From assembly GCA_038213095.1 (NCBI GenBank), contig JBBQTR010000001.1, positions 1 to 57,049 of the forward strand: a DNA stretch of 57,049 bases, given 5' to 3'. Source of the stretch: Lysobacterales bacterium (GTDB taxonomy: Bacteria > Pseudomonadota > Gammaproteobacteria > Xanthomonadales > Xanthomonadaceae). The translations under genes were made by a program, and so were the position numbers. This document shows, in pieces, positions 40,772 through 49,840 of the stretch. Positions within the stretch are counted from its first letter, which is position 1, and each line of letters begins with the position of its first letter. Below the pieces are notes generated by a model. It did not search any database, was not told where the DNA came from, and saw only the letters and a program-made list of their open reading frames with translations.

Positions 40772-41308
40772 TTACGCGGCCTTCAACGTCTCTTCGCCCT
40801 TGTGCCAGTTGCACGGGCACAACTCGTCGCTCTGCAACGCGTCAAGCACGCGTAGCACTTCGTCAGGATTACGGCCGACGCTGCCGGAAGTGACGTACAC
40901 GAACTGGATGACGCCATCGGGATCGACGATGAAGGTCGCACGCTGCGCGACCCCGTCTTCACCAAGAATACCGAGCGCGGAGACCAGTTCGCGCTTGATG
41001 TCGGCCAGCATCGGGAACGGCAGGCTGTTGAGGTCCTTGTGATGCGTGCGCCAAGCGTGATGCACGAATTCGCTATCGGTCGAGCCGGTAAGCAACTGCG
41101 CGTCACGATCCTTGAACGCCTGGTCGAGCTTGGCGAAGCCAGTGATCTCGGTCGGGCAGACGAAGGTGAAGTCCTTCGGGTAGAAGAACACAACCAGCCA
41201 CTTGCCCTTGTAGGTGCTGTTGTCGATATCGACAAAGGCATTGGCGAGATCGTTGGAAACGGTGGCCTTGAGGTTGAAGGAGGGGAATTTCTGGCCGACG
41301 GTCAGCAT
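40772..41308 (-). CDS. ahpC: Peroxiredoxin AhpC
   Basis: FYPKDFTFVCPTEI, VGRNPDEVLR and ELCPCNW. Start at ATG 41308 behind AGGA. Confidence 0.95.
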   Translation of the reverse strand: MLTVGQKFPSFNLKATVSNDLANAFVDIDNSTYKGKWLVVFFYPKDFTFVCPTEITGFAKLDQAFKDRDAQLLTGSTDSEFVHHAWRTHHKDLNSLPFPMLADIKRELVSALGILGEDGVAQRATFIVDPDGVIQFVYVTSGSVGRNPDEVLRVLDALQSDELCPCNWHKGEETLKAA

Positions 41309-41409
41309 TGTGGGTTCCTGTCTTGGGGAGGGATTCAAGCCTGGCGGGCTTGGCGCTAAGTGATTGGCTATCTTGAGCGGTGTATCGGTATGGGGGAAGT
41401 GAATTGTTT

Positions 41410-41435
41410 CTATAGAAACGATAGGCTATGTCTAT
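41410..41435. promoter_or_regulatory. OxyR binding site
   Basis: CTAT-N7-ATAG-N7-CTAT: three of the four OxyR tetranucleotide elements, in the ahpC/oxyR divergent region. Confidence 0.7.
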
Positions 41436-41453
41436 CTGCATTCAGGCCCGCAC

Positions 41454-42425
41454 ATGAACCTTCGTGACCTTCGCTATCTGGTGGCCCTCGCTGAGCACCG
41501 TCATTTTGGTCGCGCCGCCTCCGCCAGCTTTGTCAGCCAGCCGACACTGTCGACACAGATCCGCAAACTCGAGGAGGAACTCGGTGTGTCACTGGTCGAA
41601 CGCGCGCCGCGCCGGGTGATGCTGACTCCGATCGGCCGCGACATCGCCGACCGTGCACGTCGCGTGCTCTCCGATGTCGCCCAGATGGGTGAGGTGGCTC
41701 GCCGCAGCCAGAACCCCGAGGCGGGTACAGTACGGCTGGGTCTTTTCCCCACGCTTGCGCCGTACCTCCTGCCACATGTATTGCCAGCAGTCCGAAGGCG
41801 TTTCCCACTGCTGGAACTGCTGCTGGTCGAGGAGAAGACCGATGTCATCCTCACCCGGTTGCGTGAAGGCCGGCTGGATGCCTGCCTGCTGGCGCTGCCT
41901 GTGCATGACGATCAATTGCATGTCGAACGGTTGTTCGAGGAGCCCTTCGTACTGGCCGTACCACAATCGCATCGCTTTGCTGCTCGCAACACGCCGCTGA
42001 CCCTGGACGACCTGGACCACGAGCACCTGCTGCTGCTGGAGGAAGGCCATTGCCTGCGCGACCAGGCGCTGGACGTTTGCCGGCTGGCCGGGGCCGACGA
42101 GCGCGACGGGTTTCGCGCCACCAGCCTGGAAACCTTGCGGCAGATGGTCGCAGCCAGCGTCGGCATCACCCTGCTGCCGATGCTCGCGGTACAACCGCCG
42201 GTGCCGCCGTCGCCGGGAATCCATCTGCTGGCGTTTCGCGGCAAACCACCGAATCGGTCGATCGCGATGGTCTGGCGGCGCAGTTCGGCAATGGCAGGAT
42301 TCCTGTTGCAACTGGCGACGCAATTCGGTGCATTGCCACACGAACTACTGCAATATCCGGCCACGCTTGCAATCACTGCGGAAGCCAAACCAGCCAAGCG
42401 TCGCATGGGGAAATCAAGCAGATGA
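41454..42425 (+). CDS. oxyR: Hydrogen peroxide-sensing LysR regulator OxyR
   Basis: MNLRDLRYLVALAEHRHFGRAA HTH and EEGHCLRDQALDVC (both redox cysteines). Confidence 0.95.
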   Translation: MNLRDLRYLVALAEHRHFGRAASASFVSQPTLSTQIRKLEEELGVSLVERAPRRVMLTPIGRDIADRARRVLSDVAQMGEVARRSQNPEAGTVRLGLFPTLAPYLLPHVLPAVRRRFPLLELLLVEEKTDVILTRLREGRLDACLLALPVHDDQLHVERLFEEPFVLAVPQSHRFAARNTPLTLDDLDHEHLLLLEEGHCLRDQALDVCRLAGADERDGFRATSLETLRQMVAASVGITLLPMLAVQPPVPPSPGIHLLAFRGKPPNRSIAMVWRRSSAMAGFLLQLATQFGALPHELLQYPATLAITAEAKPAKRRMGKSSR

Positions 42426-43066
42426 GCGTACGCGGCTGGATGGTTCTGGCGCTGGTATTGGTGGCGTTTGGTTGGTGGTTTTCGCCGGTGTCACCTCGTG
42501 TCCCGCGTGTGGCCGCCACTGCCGATGGCGGTTACGCGACGTGCCCAATGCCGCCGCGGGTCGAAGCCAATGCGGAGCCGCTGCAATCCCCGGTTCCGGC
42601 TTCGATGCCCGCCTTCCAGTTGGCCGTGGCGCAATTGCAGCCGCTGGCAGGTTTCAGTGTCGATGCGCGCGTGCTGTCGCGTGAGGATTATTCGATCGGC
42701 CGTGCGACACAATTGTCACCCACCGACTTCGCGCTGGGGTGGGGTCGCATGCGCGATGATGCCGTGCTGTCGCATTTGGCGATCAGTCAATCCGCGCGCT
42801 GGTATCAGTACCGATGGAGCGGTGACCCACCATTGCCACCATCGGAAATCGCACGATCCAGCGCCAACATGCACATGATTCCAGCCGATCGCTTCAGCGC
42901 CGAAGCCCTGCACCATGTGCATGTTGGCGACCACATCCGGGTCGACGGATGGTTGGTGGAAGCCACCACACCGGACGGCTGGACGTGGCGCAGTTCGCTC
43001 ACGCGCGACGACGTGGGAGACGGCGCGTGCGAGGTGGTCTATGTGTGCGCGATCACGCCGTTGTAA
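42422..43066 (+). CDS. Hypothetical membrane-anchored/exported protein
   Basis: ATGA overlap with oxyR, N-terminal hydrophobic helix, and motifs SPTDFALGWG, SANMHMIPA and RDDVGDGACE. Confidence 0.75.
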   Translation: MSVRGWMVLALVLVAFGWWFSPVSPRVPRVAATADGGYATCPMPPRVEANAEPLQSPVPASMPAFQLAVAQLQPLAGFSVDARVLSREDYSIGRATQLSPTDFALGWGRMRDDAVLSHLAISQSARWYQYRWSGDPPLPPSEIARSSANMHMIPADRFSAEALHHVHVGDHIRVDGWLVEATTPDGWTWRSSLTRDDVGDGACEVVYVCAITPL

Positions 43067-43330
43067 GTCGGTTTGCCGTCATGCTCATTTTGGCATTTTC
43101 GCGAGGACCGGGATTCAATAACGGACTCGCCATTCCCCGAGGTTCAATAACGGGATGATCATTACCGCAAACTGCAATCCTGGAGGGAAAGATCCAGTTG
43201 TATTGAACTCCTTACATTTCCCAAAAAATGGGCAACACACAAGCCTATGCTTCTACTCCCACCGCGCAACTTACGCCGGTGGTGACTCAAGTGAACGAGC
43301 CTTGGCCATACGAGGCTGCGCCGGGGACGC

Positions 43331-45613
43331 CTACATGAAAACCGCCGGCGCGACGCGCACGCAGTTGCGACCCCCGTCCTTCGCGGCGTAGAGCGCCTTG
43401 TCAGCACGCTCCACGGCTGCAGCGGGGGTGCTCTCGCGATCCAGTCGCGTGGACACGCCGATGCTAACCGTCAGGCGTTCAGAATGGTTTTCATAGAGGA
43501 ATTCACAGCGTTCCACGGCGCTGCGCAGACGCTCGCCCATCTCTCGCGCATTGGCGCCGGTACGCCCAGGCAACAGCACCACGAATTCCTCGCCGCCGTA
43601 GCGACCGAGCGTGTCTCCAGCTTGCAGCGCGCTGCGCAGGGCAGCAGCGACCTGACGCAGGCAATGATCCCCGCCGGCGTGGCCGAGCCGGTCATTGACC
43701 GACTTGAAATTATCGATATCTATGAACAGAAGCGACAACTCGTGCTTTTGTCGATGCGCATCCATGAAAGCACGCGTCAGCCACTGGTCAATGCTGCGTC
43801 TGTTGAACGTCCCGGTGAGCGCATCGAGCTCGGCCGAGCGCCGCAGCTGGATCGATGCGACGGCGTCGTCGGCATGTGAAACGGCAATGCGCGCGAACTC
43901 GTCAGCTAGTGCCATTTCATCGGTGGTGAACCCATCGCTCCCTATTCGCAACAGCAGCAGCGCACCCCATGCCGGTCCGCGGATCGTCAGCGGTATCATG
44001 GCCTCCATGCATTGCCTGCCCTCGTGCGTTCCGGCCTGCTGCATCGGCAATCCTTGCATGGCCTGACGTTTCAGCATGAGCTGGCGCTCGGAGATGTCGA
44101 GCAAATCCTTGCCCTCGATGGGTTCCATTACGAGGAAATCGTGACCGTGGTAGCCCTGAGCGATCACGGCGGACGCTTGCGCCGGAATATGCGGCAGAAG
44201 GCCTTCCAGCAACAGCCGAAAGGCCAGCCACTCAACGTCGCTGTCGGCATTGGGCGCGCGCAAGCCTCGCAGCGCCAATATCAATCGCGCACGTGCGCTT
44301 TCGCGCGCCATCTTTTGCTCTGAATCAACACGCGCCAGGCGGTCCCGATCGCGTTGCTGGCGGAATTCGCCGATGCGGCTGATCAATCCAACCATCAACA
44401 CGGCCATCGCCACGACCAGCGTGAACTGGTAACCGAATCGCGTCCATAGCATGTCCATAAACCAACCGCGCGACACGCCCAGGCGCACGGCCGACGCCAA
44501 GGCGGCCATCGCCACCAGCAAAAGTATTGCCCCAGCCATCGGCACACGGCGACGCACGGCTTCAACCAGGATGACAACGGCTCCCACAGCTGAGCCTACC
44601 CATGCAATGGTCACCACCGACTGCAACCACGGATCGAACACTGGCAGTCCAAGCAGGCAGATCGCTGCCAACGCGACCAGCACGATGCAATAGCCATCAA
44701 AATACCGAGCGCCCGGGATTGGACCGCTGCGCAACTGGGCGTAACGCAACAGCATCTGCAGCGCCGCGACATCGAACAGCAGGCTGAGCATCCAGATGCC
44801 CGCGCCACGCCATATGGAAAGCTGGCTCAGCACCGGCATCAGGAACAGGTGACCATTATCTGCGGAGAGCAGCAGCATTGCCGCACAAGCACTACCGAAC
44901 ATCGCGAGAAACGCGCGATCGCGCGCCGCCGAATACAATGACAATGCAAGCAGCGCAAGCATGAATAAACCGGCATAGATCATGCCCTGCAGTGCGATCG
45001 CGCGATGCGCCATCTGCATCGCTGCTGCCTCGCGGAGCACGCGAGGTCGAAGCGCGGTACTGACGCCGCCACTGGCATGCAAGATCAGCGTGATGTCGCC
45101 TTGCCAGGTCGTGGGCAACGGCAGGATGAAACCGCTGGGAAGGATGCCTTCGTCCGGGTCGGGGTGAAAGAAATCCCGCTGCACCGTTCCCCATGGCGAC
45201 GGCGCCATCTTCCCAGGCGTCGGAGCCTCAAGCCAGAGCGAATCGAGGGGATCGCGCCCGACCCACACCACCCAGCGCGACATCGCGGGATCGGGGGGCG
45301 GCAAGCTGAAATTCAACTCTGCCGCCACATCGTGCGTGCGCCCGCCAGGCAGCAGCAATGCGCCTGAGTCACGACTCAAGCTGGCGCCAGCCAGCGCCTG
45401 CAGATGCACGGGTACTTGATTCCCGACCGGGCGCGTCGCCGCCATGACGCCGACGACAAACAGCAACAACAACCAGGCCATGCCGGCCGCGAACAGCTGT
45501 TCGTGTCGATCAGCGTGCAGGATGCGCATGGTTTTGCGGCATTGAATCCAAGACCCAATGCGCCGACACGACAGACCAGTCCATTGCCAACCAGCATCGG
45601 CCGGTGTATTCAA
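43331..45613 (-). CDS. Membrane diguanylate cyclase (7TM-DISM-like sensor, GAF-like linker, GGDEF)
   Basis: Periplasmic domain, about 7 TM segments, DALTG, DIDNFK..ND..GH and RYGGEEF. No RxxD I-site. Start uncertain. Confidence 0.88.
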   Translation of the reverse strand: MNTPADAGWQWTGLSCRRIGSWIQCRKTMRILHADRHEQLFAAGMAWLLLLFVVGVMAATRPVGNQVPVHLQALAGASLSRDSGALLLPGGRTHDVAAELNFSLPPPDPAMSRWVVWVGRDPLDSLWLEAPTPGKMAPSPWGTVQRDFFHPDPDEGILPSGFILPLPTTWQGDITLILHASGGVSTALRPRVLREAAAMQMAHRAIALQGMIYAGLFMLALLALSLYSAARDRAFLAMFGSACAAMLLLSADNGHLFLMPVLSQLSIWRGAGIWMLSLLFDVAALQMLLRYAQLRSGPIPGARYFDGYCIVLVALAAICLLGLPVFDPWLQSVVTIAWVGSAVGAVVILVEAVRRRVPMAGAILLLVAMAALASAVRLGVSRGWFMDMLWTRFGYQFTLVVAMAVLMVGLISRIGEFRQQRDRDRLARVDSEQKMARESARARLILALRGLRAPNADSDVEWLAFRLLLEGLLPHIPAQASAVIAQGYHGHDFLVMEPIEGKDLLDISERQLMLKRQAMQGLPMQQAGTHEGRQCMEAMIPLTIRGPAWGALLLLRIGSDGFTTDEMALADEFARIAVSHADDAVASIQLRRSAELDALTGTFNRRSIDQWLTRAFMDAHRQKHELSLLFIDIDNFKSVNDRLGHAGGDHCLRQVAAALRSALQAGDTLGRYGGEEFVVLLPGRTGANAREMGERLRSAVERCEFLYENHSERLTVSIGVSTRLDRESTPAAAVERADKALYAAKDGGRNCVRVAPAVFM

Positions 45614-45739
45614 AATACATCTTGCGATCCCCCCTTTTAGTCAAAATCCGCAAGCAAGAACCATGCCAGATATTGACTTTCGCTGCCATCAATCGAGGCT
45701 CGGCTACACTTCAATCATCTTCACGCAGCAGTTCTCAAC

Positions 45740-47518
45740 GTGCCCAGCCCGTCGAATGCCCATGCCGCCTCCGGCGAACACTCTACTCCGCGCCCGCTCG
45801 AGGACCTGGGTCGGCAGGACTTCATCAGGCAGATCGTGCGTGATGATCTTGCTGCAGGGCTGCCGGCGCCCAAAACCCGGTTCCCACCCGAGCCCAACGG
45901 CTATCTGCATATTGGCCATGCCAAGGCGATTTGCCTGGATTTCGGCATCGCGGCCGAGTTCGGCGGGCGCTGCAACCTGCGTTTCGATGACACCAATCCG
46001 GCGCGGGAAGATCCAGAGTACGTCAACGCCATCCAGGACGATGTGCGGTGGCTGGGTTTCCAGTGGAGCGAATTGCGACATGCGTCGGATTATTTCGACG
46101 TCTTTTACCTGGCCGCCGAAAAACTGATCGCGCAGGGCGACGCTTTTATATGCGACCTCAACGCTGATGAAGTGCGAGCCTATCGCGGCACGTTGACCGA
46201 ACCGGGTCGCAATTCGCCCTTCCGCAGCCGTCGAGTCGAGGAGAGCCTCGACCTTTTCCGGCGCATGCGTGCTGGAGAATTCGTTGACGGTGCGCGGACA
46301 CTGAGGGCGAAGATCGACATGGGTTCGGGCAACATCAACCTTCGCGATCCCGCCCTGTACCGGATCAAACACGTGCAGCACCAGAATACCGGCGCCGCCT
46401 GGCCGATCTATCCGATGTACGACTACGCGCACTCCCTGTCCGACGCGATCGAGGGCATCACGCATTCTTTGTGCACGCTGGAATTCGAGGACCATCGCCC
46501 GCTATACAACTGGTGCGTGGACAAGGTTGACCTCGCGCATTCGCCGGATCTACTCGCGCCGCTGCTGGCCAAAGGATTCCCCAGCGAGGCCAGCAAGCCA
46601 CGCCAGATCGAGTTTTCGCGCGCCAACCTCAACTACACCGTGATGAGCAAGCGCAAGCTGATGGCGCTGGTGCAGGGTGGACTGGTTGATGGCTGGGACG
46701 ACCCACGCATGCCGACCCTGCAAGGCATCCGTCGTCGCGGTTACACACCGGCATCGCTGCGCCTGTTCGCCGAGCGCATTGGCATCAGCAAGCAGAATTC
46801 GCTGATTGATTACTCCGTTCTGGAAGGCTGCCTGCGCGATGACCTCGACGCGGTGGCACCACGTCGCATGGCCGTGCTTGATCCGCTGAAAGTCATATTG
46901 ACCAACCTGCCGGATGATCACCAAGAGCAGCTCGCGTTCTCCAACCATCCAAAGAACGAGACCTTCGGCCTTCGCAGCATTCCCTTCGGGCGCGAATTGT
47001 GGATCGAGCGCGAGGACTTTGCCGAAGTCCCGCCGAAGGGATTCAAGCGCCTGACCCTGGGGGGCGAAGTCAGGATGCGTGGGGCTGGCATCATCCGCTG
47101 CGACGAGGTTGTCAAAAATGTTGCCGGCGACATCATCGAACTCTACTGCACGCTCGATCCGCTCTCGCGTCCAGGCATGGAAGGCGCGAACCGCAAGATC
47201 AAGGGCACCATCCACTGGGTCAGCGCGAAGCATGCCGTAGCAGCCGAGATGCGCCTGTACGACCGCTTGTTCCTGGTAGCCGATCCGGACAATGACGAAG
47301 ATGGCAAGACCTATCAGGATCACTTGAATCCTGATTCACGCCGTAGCGTCAGCGGCTATGTCGAGCCTGCGGCCGCTGATGCCGCCCCGGAGCAGACGTT
47401 GCAATTCGAACGCAACGGATATTTCGTTGCTGATCGTTACGATCACACCCGCGCCAAGCCGGTGTTCAATCGCAGCGTCACCTTGCGCGATACATGGACC
47501 ACTGGAGGCAAGTCATGA
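45740..47518 (+). CDS. glnS: Glutamine--tRNA ligase
   Basis: TRFPPEPNGYLHIGH, MSKRKL, WDDPR and QFERNGYF. Confidence 0.97.
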   Translation: MPSPSNAHAASGEHSTPRPLEDLGRQDFIRQIVRDDLAAGLPAPKTRFPPEPNGYLHIGHAKAICLDFGIAAEFGGRCNLRFDDTNPAREDPEYVNAIQDDVRWLGFQWSELRHASDYFDVFYLAAEKLIAQGDAFICDLNADEVRAYRGTLTEPGRNSPFRSRRVEESLDLFRRMRAGEFVDGARTLRAKIDMGSGNINLRDPALYRIKHVQHQNTGAAWPIYPMYDYAHSLSDAIEGITHSLCTLEFEDHRPLYNWCVDKVDLAHSPDLLAPLLAKGFPSEASKPRQIEFSRANLNYTVMSKRKLMALVQGGLVDGWDDPRMPTLQGIRRRGYTPASLRLFAERIGISKQNSLIDYSVLEGCLRDDLDAVAPRRMAVLDPLKVILTNLPDDHQEQLAFSNHPKNETFGLRSIPFGRELWIEREDFAEVPPKGFKRLTLGGEVRMRGAGIIRCDEVVKNVAGDIIELYCTLDPLSRPGMEGANRKIKGTIHWVSAKHAVAAEMRLYDRLFLVADPDNDEDGKTYQDHLNPDSRRSVSGYVEPAAADAAPEQTLQFERNGYFVADRYDHTRAKPVFNRSVTLRDTWTTGGKS

Positions 47519-47982
47519 GACATGTAGCCCAAGCTGCCGTCATCCTGCTTGCATTGATGGCGTTGGTGGGATGTCCGCAGCAATCTTCGGCTGGGCCTGC
47601 AACGAACGCCCCCGTGGTGCAGGCCGCGGAGCTGGCGACCGATGCAATCCGGCCTCAGGGAAACCCGCGGCCGGCACCGCGCATGAGCACGCCGATGCCT
47701 CCACAAGTGTTGCCGCCCCAAGCCTCATCCTCCCTGGCTGTCACCATCGACTATGCATGCCATATCGACAGCGACTGCGCGATCAAGGATGTCGGTAGCT
47801 GCTGCGGCGCCAAGTCCGAGTGCGTCAACAAGAACAGCCCGGCCGATCCGGCAGGCGTGCGTGCGCAATGCGCGAAGGATCATCTGATCTCGAGTTGCGC
47901 GATTCGCTCTGTTACCCAGTGCGGCTGCGAGCAACATCACTGCGTACCCACGGAGCGAGCATCGGTTGGCGGCTTGGATTGA
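47515..47982 (+). CDS. Cys-rich lipoprotein
   Basis: ATGA overlap with glnS, lipobox LVGC, Pro-rich linker and a C-terminal domain with 10 Cys. Confidence 0.75.
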   Translation: MRHVAQAAVILLALMALVGCPQQSSAGPATNAPVVQAAELATDAIRPQGNPRPAPRMSTPMPPQVLPPQASSSLAVTIDYACHIDSDCAIKDVGSCCGAKSECVNKNSPADPAGVRAQCAKDHLISSCAIRSVTQCGCEQHHCVPTERASVGGLD

Positions 47983-48046
47983 CGATTCGCGAGTGCGGCG
48001 CGTTCACGCGGAACAAGCCCCGACGTCCACATCGTGGGTTAACCGG

Positions 48047-48274
48047 TTATTCCTTCAACCAGGCGCGCAACCGTTCCTCGTCGAAGGGCCAATTCAGTTC
48101 ACGGCGACCCGTCGCGTCGCGTAACACTGGCACGCGTTCCCCGTAACGTGTTTCCAGCTGCGGATCGTCGTCGATGAACACACTGTCGAATTCCGGCGCG
48201 CGAACCTGCGCCAGCAGCGCCAGCGCCAGATCGCAGAGGTGGCAGTCATCGCGCTGGTAGAGGATCAGGGACAA
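48047..48274 (-). CDS. Glutaredoxin-like protein (DUF836)
   Basis: CHLC motif, YGERVPVL and ELNWPFD. Confidence 0.85.
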   Translation of the reverse strand: MSLILYQRDDCHLCDLALALLAQVRAPEFDSVFIDDDPQLETRYGERVPVLRDATGRRELNWPFDEERLRAWLKE

Positions 48275-48328
48275 GGCTGCGGCTCTGTGGCGGAAGCATA
48301 GAATAGGGCTTCCCTGCCGGATCCCGAC

Positions 48329-49726
48329 ATGCCTGTCAGCACGTTCGACCTCTACAAGATCGGCATTGGACCGAGCTCATCGCACACGGTTGGGCCGATG
48401 CGCGCGGCAGCACGATTCGTCAGCCATTGGCTGGGCGGATCGACGCCCGAACATCACGGCAACCTACAGCGCACGGCGCGTATCCGCGCCGAAGTGTTTG
48501 GCTCGCTGGCCATGACCGGTCGCGGCCACGGCACCGACAAGGCGTTGCTGATGGGACTGGAAGGCCATTGGCCGAATGAAATCGACCCGGACATGATACC
48601 GGCCGCGCTGGAACGCATCCGCCGCGAGAAACAGATCCATCTCCTCGGGCGGCACACGATCGCATTCGACGAGAAGCGCGACCTGATCATGAACAAGCGG
48701 CAGAAGTTGCCCTTCCACACCAATGGAATGCGCTTCACCGCCTACGACCGCGACGGAGGCGAAATCGCCACCCGCGATTACTACTCGGTGGGCGGTGGCT
48801 TCGTCGTCAACGAGGATGAGGCGGCCGAAGACCGCATCGTCGCCGACACCACGCCACTGCCATATCCGTTCCACAGCGGCGATGAATTGCTGGCGCAGGT
48901 ACAGCGCAGCGGATTGACCATCGCGCAGTTGATGTTCGAAAACGAAAAGTCGTGGCGTAGCGCCGACGAGATCATCGCCGGGTTACGCGAGTTGTGGGGC
49001 GCGATGCAAAGCTGCGTGGCACGCGGCATTCGACAGGGCGGCATCTTGCCGGGCGGGTTGCACGTCACGCGGCGCGCTCCGCTGTTGTTCGCCGAGCTGT
49101 CGGCGCAACCGGAGACTGCCTTACGCGATCCATTGACCGTGCTTGACTGGGTGAACCTGTACGCACTGGCAGTGAATGAAGAAAACGCGGCGGGCGGCCG
49201 GGTGGTCACCGCACCGACCAATGGCGCTGCCGGTATCCTGCCGGCGGTACTGCACTACTACGAACGCTTCATCCCAAACGCCAATGAGCAAGGCATCTTC
49301 GACTTCCTGCTGACCGCATCCGCAATCGGCATCCTGTACAAGGTAAACGCATCGATCAGCGGCGCCGAAGTCGGCTGCCAAGGTGAAGTCGGCGTGGCGT
49401 GTTCGATGGCCGCGGGAGGTTTGACCGCAGCACTCGGCGGAACACCCAGCCAGATCGAGAATGCCGCGGAAATCGGCATGGAACACAACCTGGGATTGAC
49501 CTGCGATCCCATCGGCGGACTGGTACAGATCCCATGCATCGAACGCAATGCGATGGGTGCGGTCAAGGCGATCAATGCCTCGCGCATGGCCCTGCGCGGG
49601 GATGGCAAGCACAAGGTCAGCCTGGACAAGGTCATCAAGACGATGCGTGACACCGGCCGCGACATGCAGGACAAGTACAAGGAAACCAGTCGTGGGGGAC
49701 TGGCGGTCAACGTGATCGAATGCTGA
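48329..49726 (+). CDS. sdaA: L-serine ammonia-lyase (Fe-S)
   Basis: [27 protein letters not shown] and [20 protein letters not shown]. Confidence 0.96.
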   Translation: MPVSTFDLYKIGIGPSSSHTVGPMRAAARFVSHWLGGSTPEHHGNLQRTARIRAEVFGSLAMTGRGHGTDKALLMGLEGHWPNEIDPDMIPAALERIRREKQIHLLGRHTIAFDEKRDLIMNKRQKLPFHTNGMRFTAYDRDGGEIATRDYYSVGGGFVVNEDEAAEDRIVADTTPLPYPFHSGDELLAQVQRSGLTIAQLMFENEKSWRSADEIIAGLRELWGAMQSCVARGIRQGGILPGGLHVTRRAPLLFAELSAQPETALRDPLTVLDWVNLYALAVNEENAAGGRVVTAPTNGAAGILPAVLHYYERFIPNANEQGIFDFLLTASAIGILYKVNASISGAEVGCQGEVGVACSMAAGGLTAALGGTPSQIENAAEIGMEHNLGLTCDPIGGLVQIPCIERNAMGAVKAINASRMALRGDGKHKVSLDKVIKTMRDTGRDMQDKYKETSRGGLAVNVIEC

Positions 49727-49840
49727 GCACGCCGGTCGTCTTACTATCCGCGGCGCGGCAGGCTTACACTTCCTGAGGTGCTAGGGTGACGGCGTCGGTT
49801 GACGACGCGCTGGCGAGCGTCAGAGCAGGGGGTGTGACTG

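Noticed and set aside
43155-43391. 78-aa plus-strand ORF in the AT-rich gap
   Set aside because: No RBS or recognisable motif, and it overlaps the end of the GGDEF gene.
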